A stretch of 64,000 nt of DNA from Neoconidiobolus thromboides FSU 785 (GCA_025603075.1 MU626306.1:1-64000), one strand, 5' to 3'. Positions 1 through 13,690 are shown, counted from the first letter of the stretch. A program made the numbers and translations. The notes: a model not told the origin generated them from the letters alone.

Positions 1-43
1 AATAGCTGTTCTTGACTCCAAACCCTGAGTACCAGATTTCACA
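1..43 (-). mobile_element. Edge of a second copy of the TGT-terminated element at 31861 (truncated by the window start)
   Basis: The reverse complement of 1-43 (TGTGAAATCTGGTACTCAgggtTTGGAGTCAAgaacAGCTAtt) aligns with 31861-31903 (TGTGAAATCTGGTACTCAatgaTTGGAGTCAAagatAGCTAct). Similarity stops exactly at the TGT terminus. Confidence 0.55.
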
Positions 44-1202
44 GAGTATTAAATACTGTAAATTATAAATTTTATTATATTTTAAATACAAAATATTAAG
101 CAAACTTAATGTAGCTTTATAATTTTTACTAAATTAATAATTAACTTGACTACAAAACCTAGATTATTGCTTCAATTGATAAATAAAGTTGAAAATTTCT
201 AATTATAGAAATATACAATTAAAACATTACAAATTAGAGTTAAATATCTAATTACCAAAAGCTATTTTATACTTCTAAATCAGAAATAATCGCATTTAAG
301 TACACAGCAACTATTCTAAGTAATATCTATTTTAATAGGAAAAAAAAAAAGCCTGTTTTTTATATTATACGGGATATTCTCATTTATTTATTTGGCAAAT
401 AAATAAATGGATAGATGTATTATTACATAATAACAATTTAATTGTAAGTGCTATAGTATTTTAACGTCTATTCTATATTAGAAAACTTACATCTTTAGTA
501 GAATAGAACCATAGTAAATGGTTCGCTTTTACTTTACATACAAAGGGAATTTACAAGTTTCTTTAATAATTTTGAATGGTTACAAGTGATCAATAGTAAT
601 ATTGTGTTGTCACTATTTCGTTTATTATTTAATGTAGTTAACGTTAGCTAAACCTAACATTTTGATTACTTTTATATCTTTTATTAATATAAAGCAAGCT
701 TACCTTATTAATATAATATATCTAAATACTACAACTAAGTAATAATGTTCTAAACTTCAAAGCACTACCAATAATTTTATTTTATTAATAAACTTTGTGG
801 TTCAACTAAACTAATAGCGATTATTTACAAATTTAGCTTGAATGTTAGATAAAAATTCTATTAAAGCGAATAATAATTGATGTTTAACAAGTTTCAACTT
901 GAATGTTAATAGAAATAAAAGTCACCACAAGGTTATGTTATTAATGGAAGTTCTTTGATAAAAGCCAACAACAGAAATTGTATTAGCAAAAGTATCCATT
1001 TTTTATAACTGGAATAAGATTCTAGTTGGGGAGTATGAGTTTTAAAAAAGTAAGGCTATTAATTATATAATAATGAATCTTTGCTTTTTGGATTAGTTAT
1101 TTTATATTTTTATATTGAGGATAAGTTAGTATGATAATGAATAGTCCAATCTGCTTACTAATTAGAAGAAAAAAATAAAATCAAAATGATGATTTTATTA
1201 AT

Positions 1203-1301
1203 AGGGATGTTTTTTTTGGTTTCATCGCTTTTTCCATTTTTAAAGCGCCATTTAAGCGGAAAAGTTGCTAGTAAAATTCTCAAACAAAAAAGTACATCCT
1301 C
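1203..1301 (-). mobile_element. ~99-bp GGGG...CCCC MITE, copy 1
   Basis: Full-length match to the family consensus; right flank ATAT, left flank TAAT. Confidence 0.85.
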
Positions 1302-1723
1302 ATATTTTTTTTCGAAATTCCAGCATGCTGTTTTTTTTTAGTAATTTTCATTAAACTTATTTAAAATTTGGTTACATAAAAAGTGCACAAAATATCATAA
1401 CAAAAAACATTGCAAGATCAATTGATTTGTTTTTTGGTTAGTATTACCCTACATTGTATATAAGAAACTTTCCCCCCAAGTAACTAATTCTATTCAAAAA
1501 GATAGTTTGAAATAAGATGAAAATTTAAGTCTAATGAAGAGGGTAGTTGGTTTGTTATAATATTTATAAATGATTAATAATATTGATCTATTTTTAAAGG
1601 TAGAAATTGGAAAGTTATTAAAAGACAGCTTTTATAAGCGTGTTATGCTTTTATTAATTTGTATTATAAACAAGGGATTATACATAAATAGAGGACATAA
1701 GAAAGGCTCAAACGAGCGGTGAA

Positions 1724-2107
1724 TTAAAAAGAAAGCATTTTACAAGTATTCATAGTGGAAGCCCAATAGTGAGAGAAAACGGACTTGGCGTTTGGATTTT
1801 CACAGTGAAACTTAATATCTAATTCATTAGAACCAGAGGATGGAGAAGATCTTGAAGAATCTTGATTTATAAGATCAATAACAAAGTCAGCTTCTTTTTC
1901 CTTTGAACTCTGTGGTAGATCTAATTTGCCATCCTTTGCCCTTCGATTTTGAAACCAAACTTGAAGTTTACGTTGCTCTACGCCAATTCGGTTGGCTAAT
2001 TCTTTTCGCAATTTTAAACTGGGTCGGGAGGTTTCTTGATAGATTGTTTCTAATAAGTTTAGTTCACTTTTGGCTAACCGGAAACGTAACTCTTTTTTTG
2101 AAGTCAT
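1724..2107 (-). CDS. Compact homeodomain protein, paralog 1 (127 aa)
   Basis: Helix 3 WFQNRRAK; intronless; C-terminal SHYWASTMNTCKMLSF is shared with the two neighbouring paralogs. Confidence 0.92.
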   Translation of the reverse strand: MTSKKELRFRLAKSELNLLETIYQETSRPSLKLRKELANRIGVEQRKLQVWFQNRRAKDGKLDLPQSSKEKEADFVIDLINQDSSRSSPSSGSNELDIKFHCENPNAKSVFSHYWASTMNTCKMLSF

Positions 2108-2165
2108 TTAGTTAATTTATAATTGTAATTAAAAACAAATTCCATCCAAATGTAAAATCGAATCG

Positions 2166-2178
2166 ATTTATATACCCT
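2166..2178 (-). promoter_or_regulatory. TATA-like core promoter motif AGGGTATATAAAT upstream of homeobox paralog 1
   Basis: About 60 nt upstream of the ATG; the identical 13-mer lies upstream of paralog 3 (7907-7919). Confidence 0.5.
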
Positions 2179-3181
2179 TATTGAATCATAACTTAATTAA
2201 TAAAATATATATATGAATTGAGTTATGATCATATTTTAAATGCTTATCAACTCAAATGGAATATTAACTTTTTAAAAATATATGTCTCGGTACTTTCTAA
2301 TTTAAGATCGAATAATATCATCAATAAAATATTTTATATAGAATGGCTTGAAGTTAATATAAAGCTACCAATCAATTGATAGGAAACAAAACTAGGTTAA
2401 TTCAAACAATCAATGTTCTGTTCCACTGGATTCCTAATTTCTATTTCTACTTTATAAATCTATTAGCTTGGCTTAAAGTTTTGATTTTTTGATTGATGAA
2501 TAAGTTATTTAGAAAATAGCAGATTGTTTAGTATTTAAAATAAAATTAGAAGTTAGAATTAAGGCATAAGGTAGTCAGATAGTATATTAAATTTCATAAA
2601 TCGTATGAGATGAATAGCTTACTCATTATGTTTTAAAGACATTACGAGTTCAAAAGCCTTCTTAAAATACACTGAAATACAATGGTTCTTTATTTCGTTG
2701 TATTATTAAATTTTTTAATTTTATAAGAAAATTCAAACCTTTGGTCTAGAACTTTACCATTAACGGGAAATGGATTCCTTATAAGGACATATTTTTGATT
2801 TTGTGGCATACACTTCTCATATAAAGTTAATATACTATTTGAGATAATAGCTTATCCATTAAGATAATGCTTTAAAGCTACCGCTCTAACCGGAACTATT
2901 CTTAACCAACAAATTTTTATTGAAAATACAACTATCATATAAAATTTGACTTAAAACTCAATTTAATTAATTAGGTGTAGTTTGGTAAACTAAGGTTGAT
3001 GTGATACATAATACGCAATTTTCATCCTTAAAGAACTTGTTTAACAATGACTTATCTTTAATTCTGGTGACATTGTCTTTATATCAAGTAACATATAGAA
3101 TATAGGCTGAGGTCATAAATCTGATTTTGCTGGTTTGTATAATAGCTAACGATATACTCAATTGGTTTACATGATATATAT

Positions 3182-3280
3182 GAGGGTGTTTTTTTGACTT
3201 CATTACTTTTTCCATCTTTTAAGCGCTACTTTAGAAGAAAAATTGTTAATAAAATTGTTAAATATAAAAATACATTCCCC
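3182..3280 (-). mobile_element. MITE copy 2
   Basis: Consensus match, GAGG...CCCC termini, left flank ATAT. Confidence 0.8.
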
Positions 3281-3370
3281 TATATTATTTTATTATTAGT
3301 TAATAATTTGTCCTAATTTCAAGTTGAGAAAAGGGAAAAAGAGTAAAGTGAAGAAAAAACATATCCATAT

Positions 3371-3465
3371 GGGGATGTGTTTTTTTGTTTAAGAATTTTA
3401 CTACAATCTTTCCACTCAAATAGCGCTTAAAATGGAAAAATAATGAAACTAAAAAAAACAGTCCC
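3371..3465 (+). mobile_element. MITE copy 3
   Basis: Consensus match; ATAT/ATAT TSD. Confidence 0.9.
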
Positions 3466-4312
3466 ATATAATGCTTTATTTGGGCTATAAAAGCCCACAA
3501 CTGATTTATTAGACCTAAAGAGCCATAAAGTACTATCTAATTGTATTTATTAAGGATATGATCTATATGTACCTTTTAGCCATTTCTATTCAGGAAAAAT
3601 AAGATACTCTATTATAAGGCTATTTAACTCGTTACTTATAATGAAGCTATTATGCTAAAATTCAAGGGATAGTAAAAAACTATTCATAATATTGTTTATT
3701 GCCATCAAATGAGAGTAACTATTTTTGATGACTATAAATAACGTAAATGAGAATAACAAGGTCATAAATAACTATGGTATAATAAATTGAAGAGTGAAAA
3801 TATACTTAAAATGAAAGAATATAAAATGGTTCACTAATAATTAGGTAATCATAAGTTTGTATATTTAAAATTTATTACGGTGTAATAAAAAAGGACTAAT
3901 TAATTATGTTCAAAAAAAGGATTATTTTAACTATATTTGTAAGTTTAATGTACAAATATAGAATTTAATCATTTTTATGATATAGTTTATTTAAAATAGC
4001 TATTTAAAATTAATATAAAGATAAAAAGTCTAGACTTTTATTGAGTCTAACTTTATTACTCCAGTTTTATTTTAAAGTCCACAAAAGAACACTTGATAAT
4101 TTGAAATACAATTAAATAAGGGAGGTAAGTAAAATAATATTTCAATAATAATAGCTTTAATGAGTTTAAAAGTATTTATAAAATTTAAGTCAGACACTTA
4201 CTTTAAAACACGAAACGTTATTTATTTGATTTAAAATGATTACAAAAGGATAATAAAATACGAAGAGGATAAATATAAAGAAAGAGGGTAATTGTTAAAT
4301 TAGGAAGATAAA

Positions 4313-4705
4313 TCAAAACTTAAATATTCTACAACTATTCATTGTTGAGGCCCAATAATGGGAAAATACTCTTTTTACATTTGGATCATCACTTTGAATT
4401 ATTATTATATTGTCATCCATGGATTCTTCTTCTGAATTGGTTGTGCTAATGTCAGGACTATCCAAAGGATTTGTAGCTTTATTATTTACATAAGCTAACT
4501 CATTGGAAATTAACCGCTTTTCTCTATTATCCTTAGCCCGACGATTTTGAAACCAAATTTGGATCTTACGTTGCTCTATTCCCATCCTTGAAGCTAACTC
4601 TTTCCTTGTTTTTAAACTAGGTCGTGGGTTATTGTTATATAAGGCTTCTAACATATTTACGTGACTATCGAGTAGTCGAAAACGAAATTGATTGGGTTCA
4701 TGCAT
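4313..4705 (-). CDS. Compact homeodomain protein, paralog 2 (130 aa)
   Basis: WFQNRRAK; C-terminal SHYWASTMNSCRIFKF. Confidence 0.92.
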   Translation of the reverse strand: MHEPNQFRFRLLDSHVNMLEALYNNNPRPSLKTRKELASRMGIEQRKIQIWFQNRRAKDNREKRLISNELAYVNNKATNPLDSPDISTTNSEEESMDDNIIIIQSDDPNVKRVFSHYWASTMNSCRIFKF

Positions 4706-5032
4706 CTTTTAATTTCAATATTAAAAAAATATAAAACGACATGGTTCTCATTGTTGGTATTTATACTTCTTTTTGATCATTTTTTTTAATTTATTACTTT
4801 TTATTATTGGCACCCTTACAATTATTTTACATAATTTAATACTTATTAAATGTAGTTTTGATTAAGTTTTTTAAAAATCTAGACAAACAACTCAAGAATT
4901 TCAAAGTAGTAAAATAAATTAGGCTAAATATATAAATATAGAATATCATCTCATTACAATAGTTTAACTATTTTCAACTAATTATGAAATGTAATAGCCA
5001 GTATTACATTATTTTGCAACTATTTAATATAT

Positions 5033-5131
5033 GGGGATGTATTTTTGTGTTTAAGAATTTTATTAATAGCTTTCCCACTCAAATAGCGCTTAAAAAATGG
5101 AAAAAGTAATGAAGTCAAAAAAAACATCCCC
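5033..5131 (+). mobile_element. MITE copy 4 (close to consensus)
   Basis: GGGGATGT...ACATCCCC; ATAT/ATAT TSD. Confidence 0.92.
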
Positions 5132-7109
5132 ATATCTTCTATTACTGAATTAAGTGAAGGGATTTTGTTTTATCAGCTAAATAAATTTAGCAATGGTTAG
5201 AGGTTTAGTGACATTTTTGTTTACACTTTAAGAACCTTTTTAGTGTTGTTTTCAATAATAATAAGTGAAGATATTTTAAACAAGACATAAGAGTCATACT
5301 TGCTATAGTCTGGATTTAATGAAGTATTAACTGTTGTTACATTAATAAAGTTTAAAGATCATTAAGGCAAAATCATGAAATATTTCATTAATAGAATCTA
5401 CGCGTTAAATAAATTTTATTGTAAATAAATTTATTATATAATTCGCCTTTTAGCGTATATTGCTAAATATATTTTAAATTACAAAGATTAATAAAACTAC
5501 TCATCGATTTTTTATAGTTCACTCATTGATATAAATATATATGAAATAGAATAACTATTGCTTAATTTAAATTTTTATAATAAAGACTATTTAGCAACAA
5601 TCAAAGTTAACAACTAAAAATCTTTTATTAATATTAATTTAGCCTAATTATAAATATAGATAATTTTTAATTCCGCTTTTAAACTTGATGTATTTACTTT
5701 GATTCTTTCTAGTCATTCAGAGTTCTTAGTTTTGACTTTATAGATGAAACTAACATCAAAGTTTGCATAGCTATATGCATCACTGAAATAAGTCAGTGCT
5801 ATGATTATTTTTTTACGATTTATTTTAAAGCAGAAGTAAAAGGTAGGTATTTAAAACATTAACAATTTGTTAACATCTATTTAGACAGAACATCTAGTTC
5901 AACCATTTTTTATCAATTCTATTATATTATAAATTTAAGCCTTAAAATACAGAATTTTAAATCATCTTATATATCAACTTTAACTTAATTTTGGTTGAAC
6001 CATATATCATGATAATAAGCTATCATATTTTTTTGTTTTTAATAAACGCGATAGAATAGTAAGCTTGATGCTTCGTAAAAGTATAAATATGGTTTATTTC
6101 CACTTATTGGTAAGCAATAATTAAGTATTTAAGTCATATTTCGGTAAAATAAATTTTGAGCGTAAATTTACATAATTGAAAGTGTAATATCTAATTTTGG
6201 GTTTTTAGTTTACAAAAAAAGTTTAACTGAATGCCTTAATCATAACCAAAGCTCCGTAATCAAGTTATTATCAAGTAGTGATAATGTAAATTTACAATTT
6301 TAGACTAATTACCCTTATATCTACTAGCATTTAGATATGGGGTCATATTATTTTATGAAAAATTGTTTCATTTGTAATTGTATACTGCTTAGCTAATGTA
6401 TTTGGTTATAAAGCGTTAGAATTCAAACAGATTGAATAGAATGTCTCTAACTTTCAGATAAATTAAGACAAAATTTGCCTCCTGTTTTGTATTCTAACTA
6501 CTATCAACTTATTGGTCTTAAAGAAAATTTTCCCCTTGGTGTGTATCTTTCATATTTGGTAGAGGCTGTCTGTTTCTTTACCTTTGAAGAATTAGATTTT
6601 AGTGATATGTGTAGGCTTATATGAAAACTCAAGCTTATATCATTGATTTGTAATAATATTTCATTACCTGTTCTAATGTTATGTGACACATGTTATGGGT
6701 AAATCAATAAAACTTTCCAGTTTGGTTTAGATTAAATCTATAAAATCTATAAGCATCATTTTTTATGTGTATAAAATTATAGAAGATTCATGAGCAAAAT
6801 AATCAAATAAAAACATTATAATATAAGTTTGTTTTAAAATTAAGCCTCAGGTTTCGACTCGTATTCAGTTTTAGACTTGGAATTTCATAGGATTATAAAA
6901 TAGCCTAAAAGTACTAAACTATCTAAATAGTAGTTTGATATACTGGAATGGTTCTTATAGATTATCAATAATTTATAATTCAAGTAATACTACCTATTTA
7001 ATTGTTTTATTAACGTTACGTATAAAAGTCAATATTTAAAACTTTAACATTAGGAACTTTCTATAATTGTAAATTTGAAATAAACTTATATTAAGCGAAA
7101 GTAAACAAG

Positions 7110-7143
7110 AAATTTAATAAATTTAATAAATTTAATAAATTTT
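7110..7143. repeat. Short tandem repeat (AAATTTAAT)x~3.7
   Basis: Directly visible tandem 9-mer. Confidence 0.7.
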
Positions 7144-7480
7144 AAGGCTAAATAGAATAAATGCGACGTTTTAGCAAATACTTTTTATATTTGTTTATAG
7201 TATTTACTTCTATTAAATATCAGTAGATAGAGGTACTTGTAGTGTTTTTTTGTAGTAAATTTGTATGCTAAAGAAAAAGTGCTTGAAGGAATTTAATGCT
7301 AAGAGTAAATATTAAGTTTGATCCATCCACAATAATTTGATATCGTAAGTTATATTAAATATCAAAATTGATTTCCTTTTTAAACTTATTTTAAATTCAT
7401 ATTATGTTGTATTAAAATAATTTTATTGAATGGTAATAAAAAAGATAAATAAAAATTAAACAGAGAAATTGGCAAAAAGG

Positions 7481-7867
7481 TTAGAATTGAAGCATTTTAC
7501 AACTATTCATAGTTGAAGCCCAGTAATGCGATAAAATTCTCGTGGTGGTATGCTCTTTGAAGTTGTTTGTTTGAGTGTCCATTGGAGATAGCCCTTCTGA
7601 GTTGACCGAGCTGCAATCAGGGCTACCATGATTCGTAGCTTCGCTATTTAAATGGTTTAAGCTAGCTGTAGTTGATTGCGCTTCCCTGACCTCTTTAGCT
7701 CTACGATTTTGAAACCAGATCTGTACCTTACGCTGTTCAATACCCATTCTTAAAGCTAACTGTTTCCTTATTTTTAAACCAGGTCTGGGGTTTTCATTGT
7801 ATAGGGTTTCTAGTAGGTTTATATGACTTTTAAGTAATCTTGGACGAATATCTAAATTTTTTGCCAT
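7481..7867 (-). CDS. Compact homeodomain protein, paralog 3 (128 aa)
   Basis: WFQNRRAK; C-terminal SHYWASTMNSCKMLQF. Confidence 0.92.
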   Translation of the reverse strand: MAKNLDIRPRLLKSHINLLETLYNENPRPGLKIRKQLALRMGIEQRKVQIWFQNRRAKEVREAQSTTASLNHLNSEATNHGSPDCSSVNSEGLSPMDTQTNNFKEHTTTRILSHYWASTMNSCKMLQF

Positions 7868-7906
7868 TATACAGTAAATTCAAGTTTATATCAATGATTT
7901 TTTATT

Positions 7907-7919
7907 ATTTATATACCCT
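7907..7919 (-). promoter_or_regulatory. TATA-like core promoter motif AGGGTATATAAAT upstream of homeobox paralog 3
   Basis: About 40-50 nt upstream of the ATG; identical to 2166-2178. Confidence 0.5.
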
Positions 7920-8459
7920 ATGTTTTATATTTTTACATTAAAACTCCCATTTCACCAACACAAAAAATTGTATTAATCCGAGTTGTGATTAACATTACAA
8001 GCATATTCCTATAAATGCTTATATTAATAACCTCGACCATTTCTTTATTTGTCTTCCAAGAGTTAAAATAGAAACTATAACTATGAATCTGGCTGTGTAA
8101 TAACCTGTTTTATTGATTTTAGCGATAATATGACCTTAAAATCTAATATTGTTACTAAGTAGTATTTAGCTGTTTTTTTATTAAATCCTCTTCTATACTT
8201 TTTAGGGAATTTTCATTTAATTTTTATCACATAAATTGTATTAGAAATAAAAAGGCTTTAAGTTATAACAACATCGCCTTATCTCCCTTCATTACTTTCC
8301 TTCCTTTTCTGAGTTTTTACAATTTTTTTACATTGCGCGATAATCATATAAATTAAATAGGTTAATTTTGCTTATTCATATTTAATACTGCTTTTATTAA
8401 TAAATTTAATATTGTATCACTTTAAAAATCGATTTTAGAAAACAATTAATTAAGCATAT

Positions 8460-8558
8460 GGGTATGTATTTTTGTATTTAAGAATTTTACTAGCAATTTT
8501 TTCACTCAAATAGGACTTGAAAAATGGAAAAAGTAATGAAATAAAAAAAAACACCCCA
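8460..8558 (+). mobile_element. MITE copy 5
   Basis: Consensus match; ATAT/ATAT TSD. Confidence 0.88.
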
Positions 8559-9220
8559 ATATAGTTACCTATCTAATATGAAATAAAATACTTGGCGTTT
8601 TTGTTTTAAAGTCGAAAAATAAAAATATCAAATTAAATATAATATTTGGACTTTATTTTTCACTGTTATATGAACCTTTGATTATTATATTGTAATATTG
8701 TAATGCGATAAATACAATCCTATTTTTCCAACGATAGTTACTAAACTAAGCAATCTAATTCACTATTTGTCAACCTTAAAATAGTTAATGCTTCGAATCA
8801 TAAAGGTCAATAAGGAGGAAAAATAGATTATGCTTGGTAAGGATTTTTTACGTATTGAGCCAATATACTCATAGGCGCCTTAGACACTGTGATTTATCAA
8901 TATGAGTGTATGCTTGTGTCTGCCTTTCAAGCCAAAACTACATAAAAAAAACTGAGCATAATCATACATTTGCCCACTTCGGGAGATTTGCAGAATATTA
9001 TTTGTGAAATAATTTTTAAAAATTGATGTTTGGAGTTCTACAATTTTAAATTAGTTTATATTGATATTCGGAATTAAAGTAAAGCCCTTTTTTCAAACAG
9101 CGACCATATATTATCTTAACTTTATTTTGAAATGTAAGATTGTTTCTAAAGTAATTTCTCTTTTTGGGCAAATTCACTATCACAAGGATACAAAATTGCT
9201 ATGGTTAAGCTTTTTTATAT

Positions 9221-9314
9221 AGGGATGCATTTTTTGTTTAAGAATTTATAAATAATTTTTCCACTCAAGCAATGTTTAAGAAATGAAAAAAGTGATGAAA
9301 TAAAAAATACCCTC
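9221..9314 (+). mobile_element. MITE copy 6
   Basis: Consensus match; ATAT/ATAT TSD. Confidence 0.85.
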
Positions 9315-9762
9315 ATATGACTTTTCTTAAATATAAAAGCACCTATTATAATTAGCAGTCTTTTCATTATTTTTGCCCCAAAAAGGAGATTACTTTAGAA
9401 ATAATCTGGGGCCTCCTCTAGTGTAGCTGTAGCCATCCGCTATAAAAAATTTCTTTAAAACATAATGTCTTAAATTAATTTTTATTGCTTCTAAAATTTA
9501 GATCTTATTAAAAAATTAGTTTTAATAACAAACCAAGATCGGCCCCATCCAGAAAAAACAAAAGTAAGATGGTGGAGAAAAAAATATCAACACCAAAGTT
9601 TTGAACTAATTTACTGGGTTGCCTAAATTTTTAAAAAAAGGTGGAGATTAAAATTTAATTTAAGATTGTTTTGAATTGATATTTCTCAAAAACTACGCCA
9701 CAATATTTTGATTTAAAATAAATTTTCATTCATAATCTTTCTTCACAACGTTAACTTTTAAA

Positions 9763-10921
9763 ATGGATTTGAGTCATAACTATTTTTTAAAAGATAATTA
9801 TTTAGCCACCACTTTGGTGTTTACCGTGCTTTATCAATTATCCTTTTTTGCGGTTGCGTATGTTAATAAATTTGATAAAGTAACTGATTTTGCTGGGGGT
9901 TCAAATTTTGTACTTTTGGCGGGGTTAACTTTTTTTTTGAATCAAGTATATTTTGTATAAAGATATCTTAGATAGATTAATAATATTTTCCATGAAATTT
10001 AGAATCAAACTCCAAGAAGCCAATTAGCTACTATTGCAATTATATTATGGGGAATTAGAATCAGTGGTAATCATCTTTTCATTTGATCTTTATTATGTAA
10101 TATTTGACCTTAGGTTTTTTGTTATATCGAATCTTAAAAACTGAAGAAGACAAAAGATTTGACGAGTTACGCAACGATTTTTGGAAATTTTTAGGGTTTT
10201 GGATCTTTCAAATGGCTTGGGTTTGGACTGTTTCATTACCTGTAACTGTTGTTAATTTAGAAGCCAGTTATACTCCAGACCCTCCTTTAAATTTGACAAC
10301 AGATATCTTAGGAATTTTGATGTTTTTAGCTGGTCTCATTATCGAAACTAGTAAATTAATATTCTTATACTTTACAATTTTTACTAACAATATTTACCTA
10401 ATAGTATCAGATATTGAAAAAGTATTAACTAATAATTTCATTCATGTTTAAGTATATACTAATATTTATATTTTAGTTCATGCACCGTGAAAGTAAACCT
10501 AAGCCTACCCAAATATTAAACTCAGGATTATGGAAATATTCTAGACATCCTAACTATTTTGGAGAAATTTTATTATGGTAATTTTCAGACTTATAATCGA
10601 AATCAAAATTAAACAATACTTTGAAGGTGGGGAATTTACGTATTCAGCTTACCAATAACAAGCGAAACTGGAGTTTTAACCATCTCAAGTCCTCTTTTTA
10701 TCACTTTGTTGCTGCTTTTTGTCAGTGGAATACCTTTAAGCGAACCCAACATGGAAAAGAAATTCATTGATGCTGGAAAACAAAGCGAATATATTGAATA
10801 TATTGACAAAACCAGCCCGCTTATCCCTCTACCAAACATGGTTTATAAATCTTTACCAAGATGGACTAAGTTTGCTTTATTTGAATTTCCCATGTATCGT
10901 TATAAACAAAAGGCCGATTAA
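9763..10921 (+). CDS. DUF1295 family membrane protein (steroid 5-alpha-reductase-like), 6 exons
   Basis: Exons approx. 9763-9945, 10003-10066, 10114-10350, 10405-10421, 10477-~10578, 10627-10921 with GT-AG introns. Spliced product has TDFAGG, EDKRF and [14 protein letters not shown] motifs. Confidence 0.85.
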
Positions 10922-11359
10922 ACATGATATCATGTACTGATATAAGCTCAAATAGTGTATATTTATAGTATAATACTATGTTTCCAACTCTTCACCATTT
11001 ACTTTTTAAAAGGACATAATAAAATTGTAAATTATTACTTTGTTTTTTGTGTGAGTAGTTTATATTTCAAAATAAAAAGTGGATTTATAATGAAAATGTC
11101 TATGTGTAGTATGATTTGTATTAAAGGAACTTGACATTTTATAAAATTGAATATAAACAAAAGCATCAAAAATAGTTATAGTACTTTAAAAAATCTTTGG
11201 TGGATTTTAAAACCTTTCAAAGTCTCAAGTGTTTTAAAAATGAAAAAGAACCGAAGGAAATTAAGAGTCAAAGTAGATAAGGGCAGAAAGAGGAATTGAT
11301 AAAAAAATTGTGATTATTAGACATTACAACAATATATTTGTTTAAAAAATTTGAGAATT

Positions 11360-11570
11360 TTGAAGGGTTTATATATAAAGTATCGTAATAATATTTGAAA
11401 GTTTTAAAAATTATTTAGTGGATAATTTCAACTATGGCATCTTTAACAAGCTAGCTCTCTTTAATGTGGAACCTATCCTTTGGCCTTACTAAGGCCCAAA
11501 CCTCAAACCTCGGAACTTAAATCGGGACAGTCAAAATAAGAACTTAATAAAGGAATTATGGTTGTCTAAA
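11360..11570 (+). mobile_element. Possible decayed Tc1/mariner (IS630-like) transposase fragment
   Basis: Translation LVDN...ILWPY*GPNLKPRNL...KNLIKELW resembles the Tc1 DN...WPxxSPDLNPIENLW region. Heavily degraded, with stops. Confidence 0.3.
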
Positions 11571-11628
11571 AGTTCTTAAGTTAGGAGTTTTGTTTAAATA
11601 TTTGTTATTACTCTTTCGATTTAAAAAA

Positions 11629-11716
11629 GGAGAGTTTTTTTGGTTTCATTTTTCTGTTTTTTACTGTTGAATGGAAAAATTGCTAATAAAATTCTTAAAC
11701 AAAAAGGCACATTCGG
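11629..11716 (-). mobile_element. MITE copy 7 (degenerate)
   Basis: Internal consensus GGTTTCATT...TGGAAAAATTGCTAATAAAATTCTTAAAC is retained; ends are eroded. Confidence 0.65.
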
Positions 11717-12002
11717 TATGGATTCTGTCTAAATTGGAAAAGTAATGGATGGGTTAATTCTATCAGCGATGTTGTAATCTTTTCAATCAAATAAATATTA
11801 CAAGGCCTCTTATTCTAAAAAACTCATCAAAATATAAAAATTTCGGACTTACATAGAATATTCAAATCTAAAATAAAAAACTTAACCCCAACTTTTCCAA
11901 AGATATTATTAATCAGAATTATATTACGTGAAGAACTAATGCATGATGTTTTTATTAATAATAATGGGTATGGCGATATATAATATTTAAATAGGGCTAC
12001 TA

Positions 12003-13199
<1,197 letters not shown>

Positions 13200-13690
13200 T
13201 TAAGTCTTTTCATAAAATCTAAGGGTATCATATTAATAGTTGTGAGTTAATTTTTATCATTAGATCTTCTTAAATATAAAGCTCCTGTTTATTTAAATTT
13301 TTAGTTCTGTATATACAACTTTTTTATACATATACTAGAAAGTTATTAAAAGGACTTAAATAACACAAATTTACAAATATGTTATAGATACATTTAAAAT
13401 CCAAGTCTACAAAAAAACTAACTTATAGTTTGTTAATAAAATAGCCTGTTTTTGCTTCAATACAGAGTTTTGTAGAAGATATACAGTAGCTAATATCAAC
13501 CGTGTTGCATTTATTGGCTGATTATAGTTAAAAGGTTATGAACTGCTTTAAAACTCATAAGCGTGGGTTTGTTTAGAACATTGGGATTTTGTTAAAGGTA
13601 AAGGTAGAGATTTGAAAATTTACAACAACAGTGTTATCACAATACACAACTTAATATTGATTTAATGATTAAATTTCATTTTCAATATAT

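Noticed and set aside
3300-3500. ORF-track ORFs at 3300-3500, 32077-32262 and 56441-56635
   Set aside because: They are translations of MITE sequence.
6504-6689. 61-aa ORF between homeobox paralogs 2 and 3
   Set aside because: Non-ATG start and no recognisable domain; possibly TE debris but unsupported.
1724-7867. C-terminal Cys of the homeobox tail as a CaaX prenylation signal
   Set aside because: The Cys is six residues from the end, not four.
3371-8558. MITE direct repeats upstream of each homeobox gene as the cause of the tandem duplication
   Set aside because: The homeobox paralogs are far more diverged than the MITE copies and sit at different distances from them, so the insertions postdate the duplications.
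8830-8970. GC-richer stretch with several possible stems, considered as a snoRNA
   Set aside because: No consistent box C/D or H/ACA arrangement could be built.
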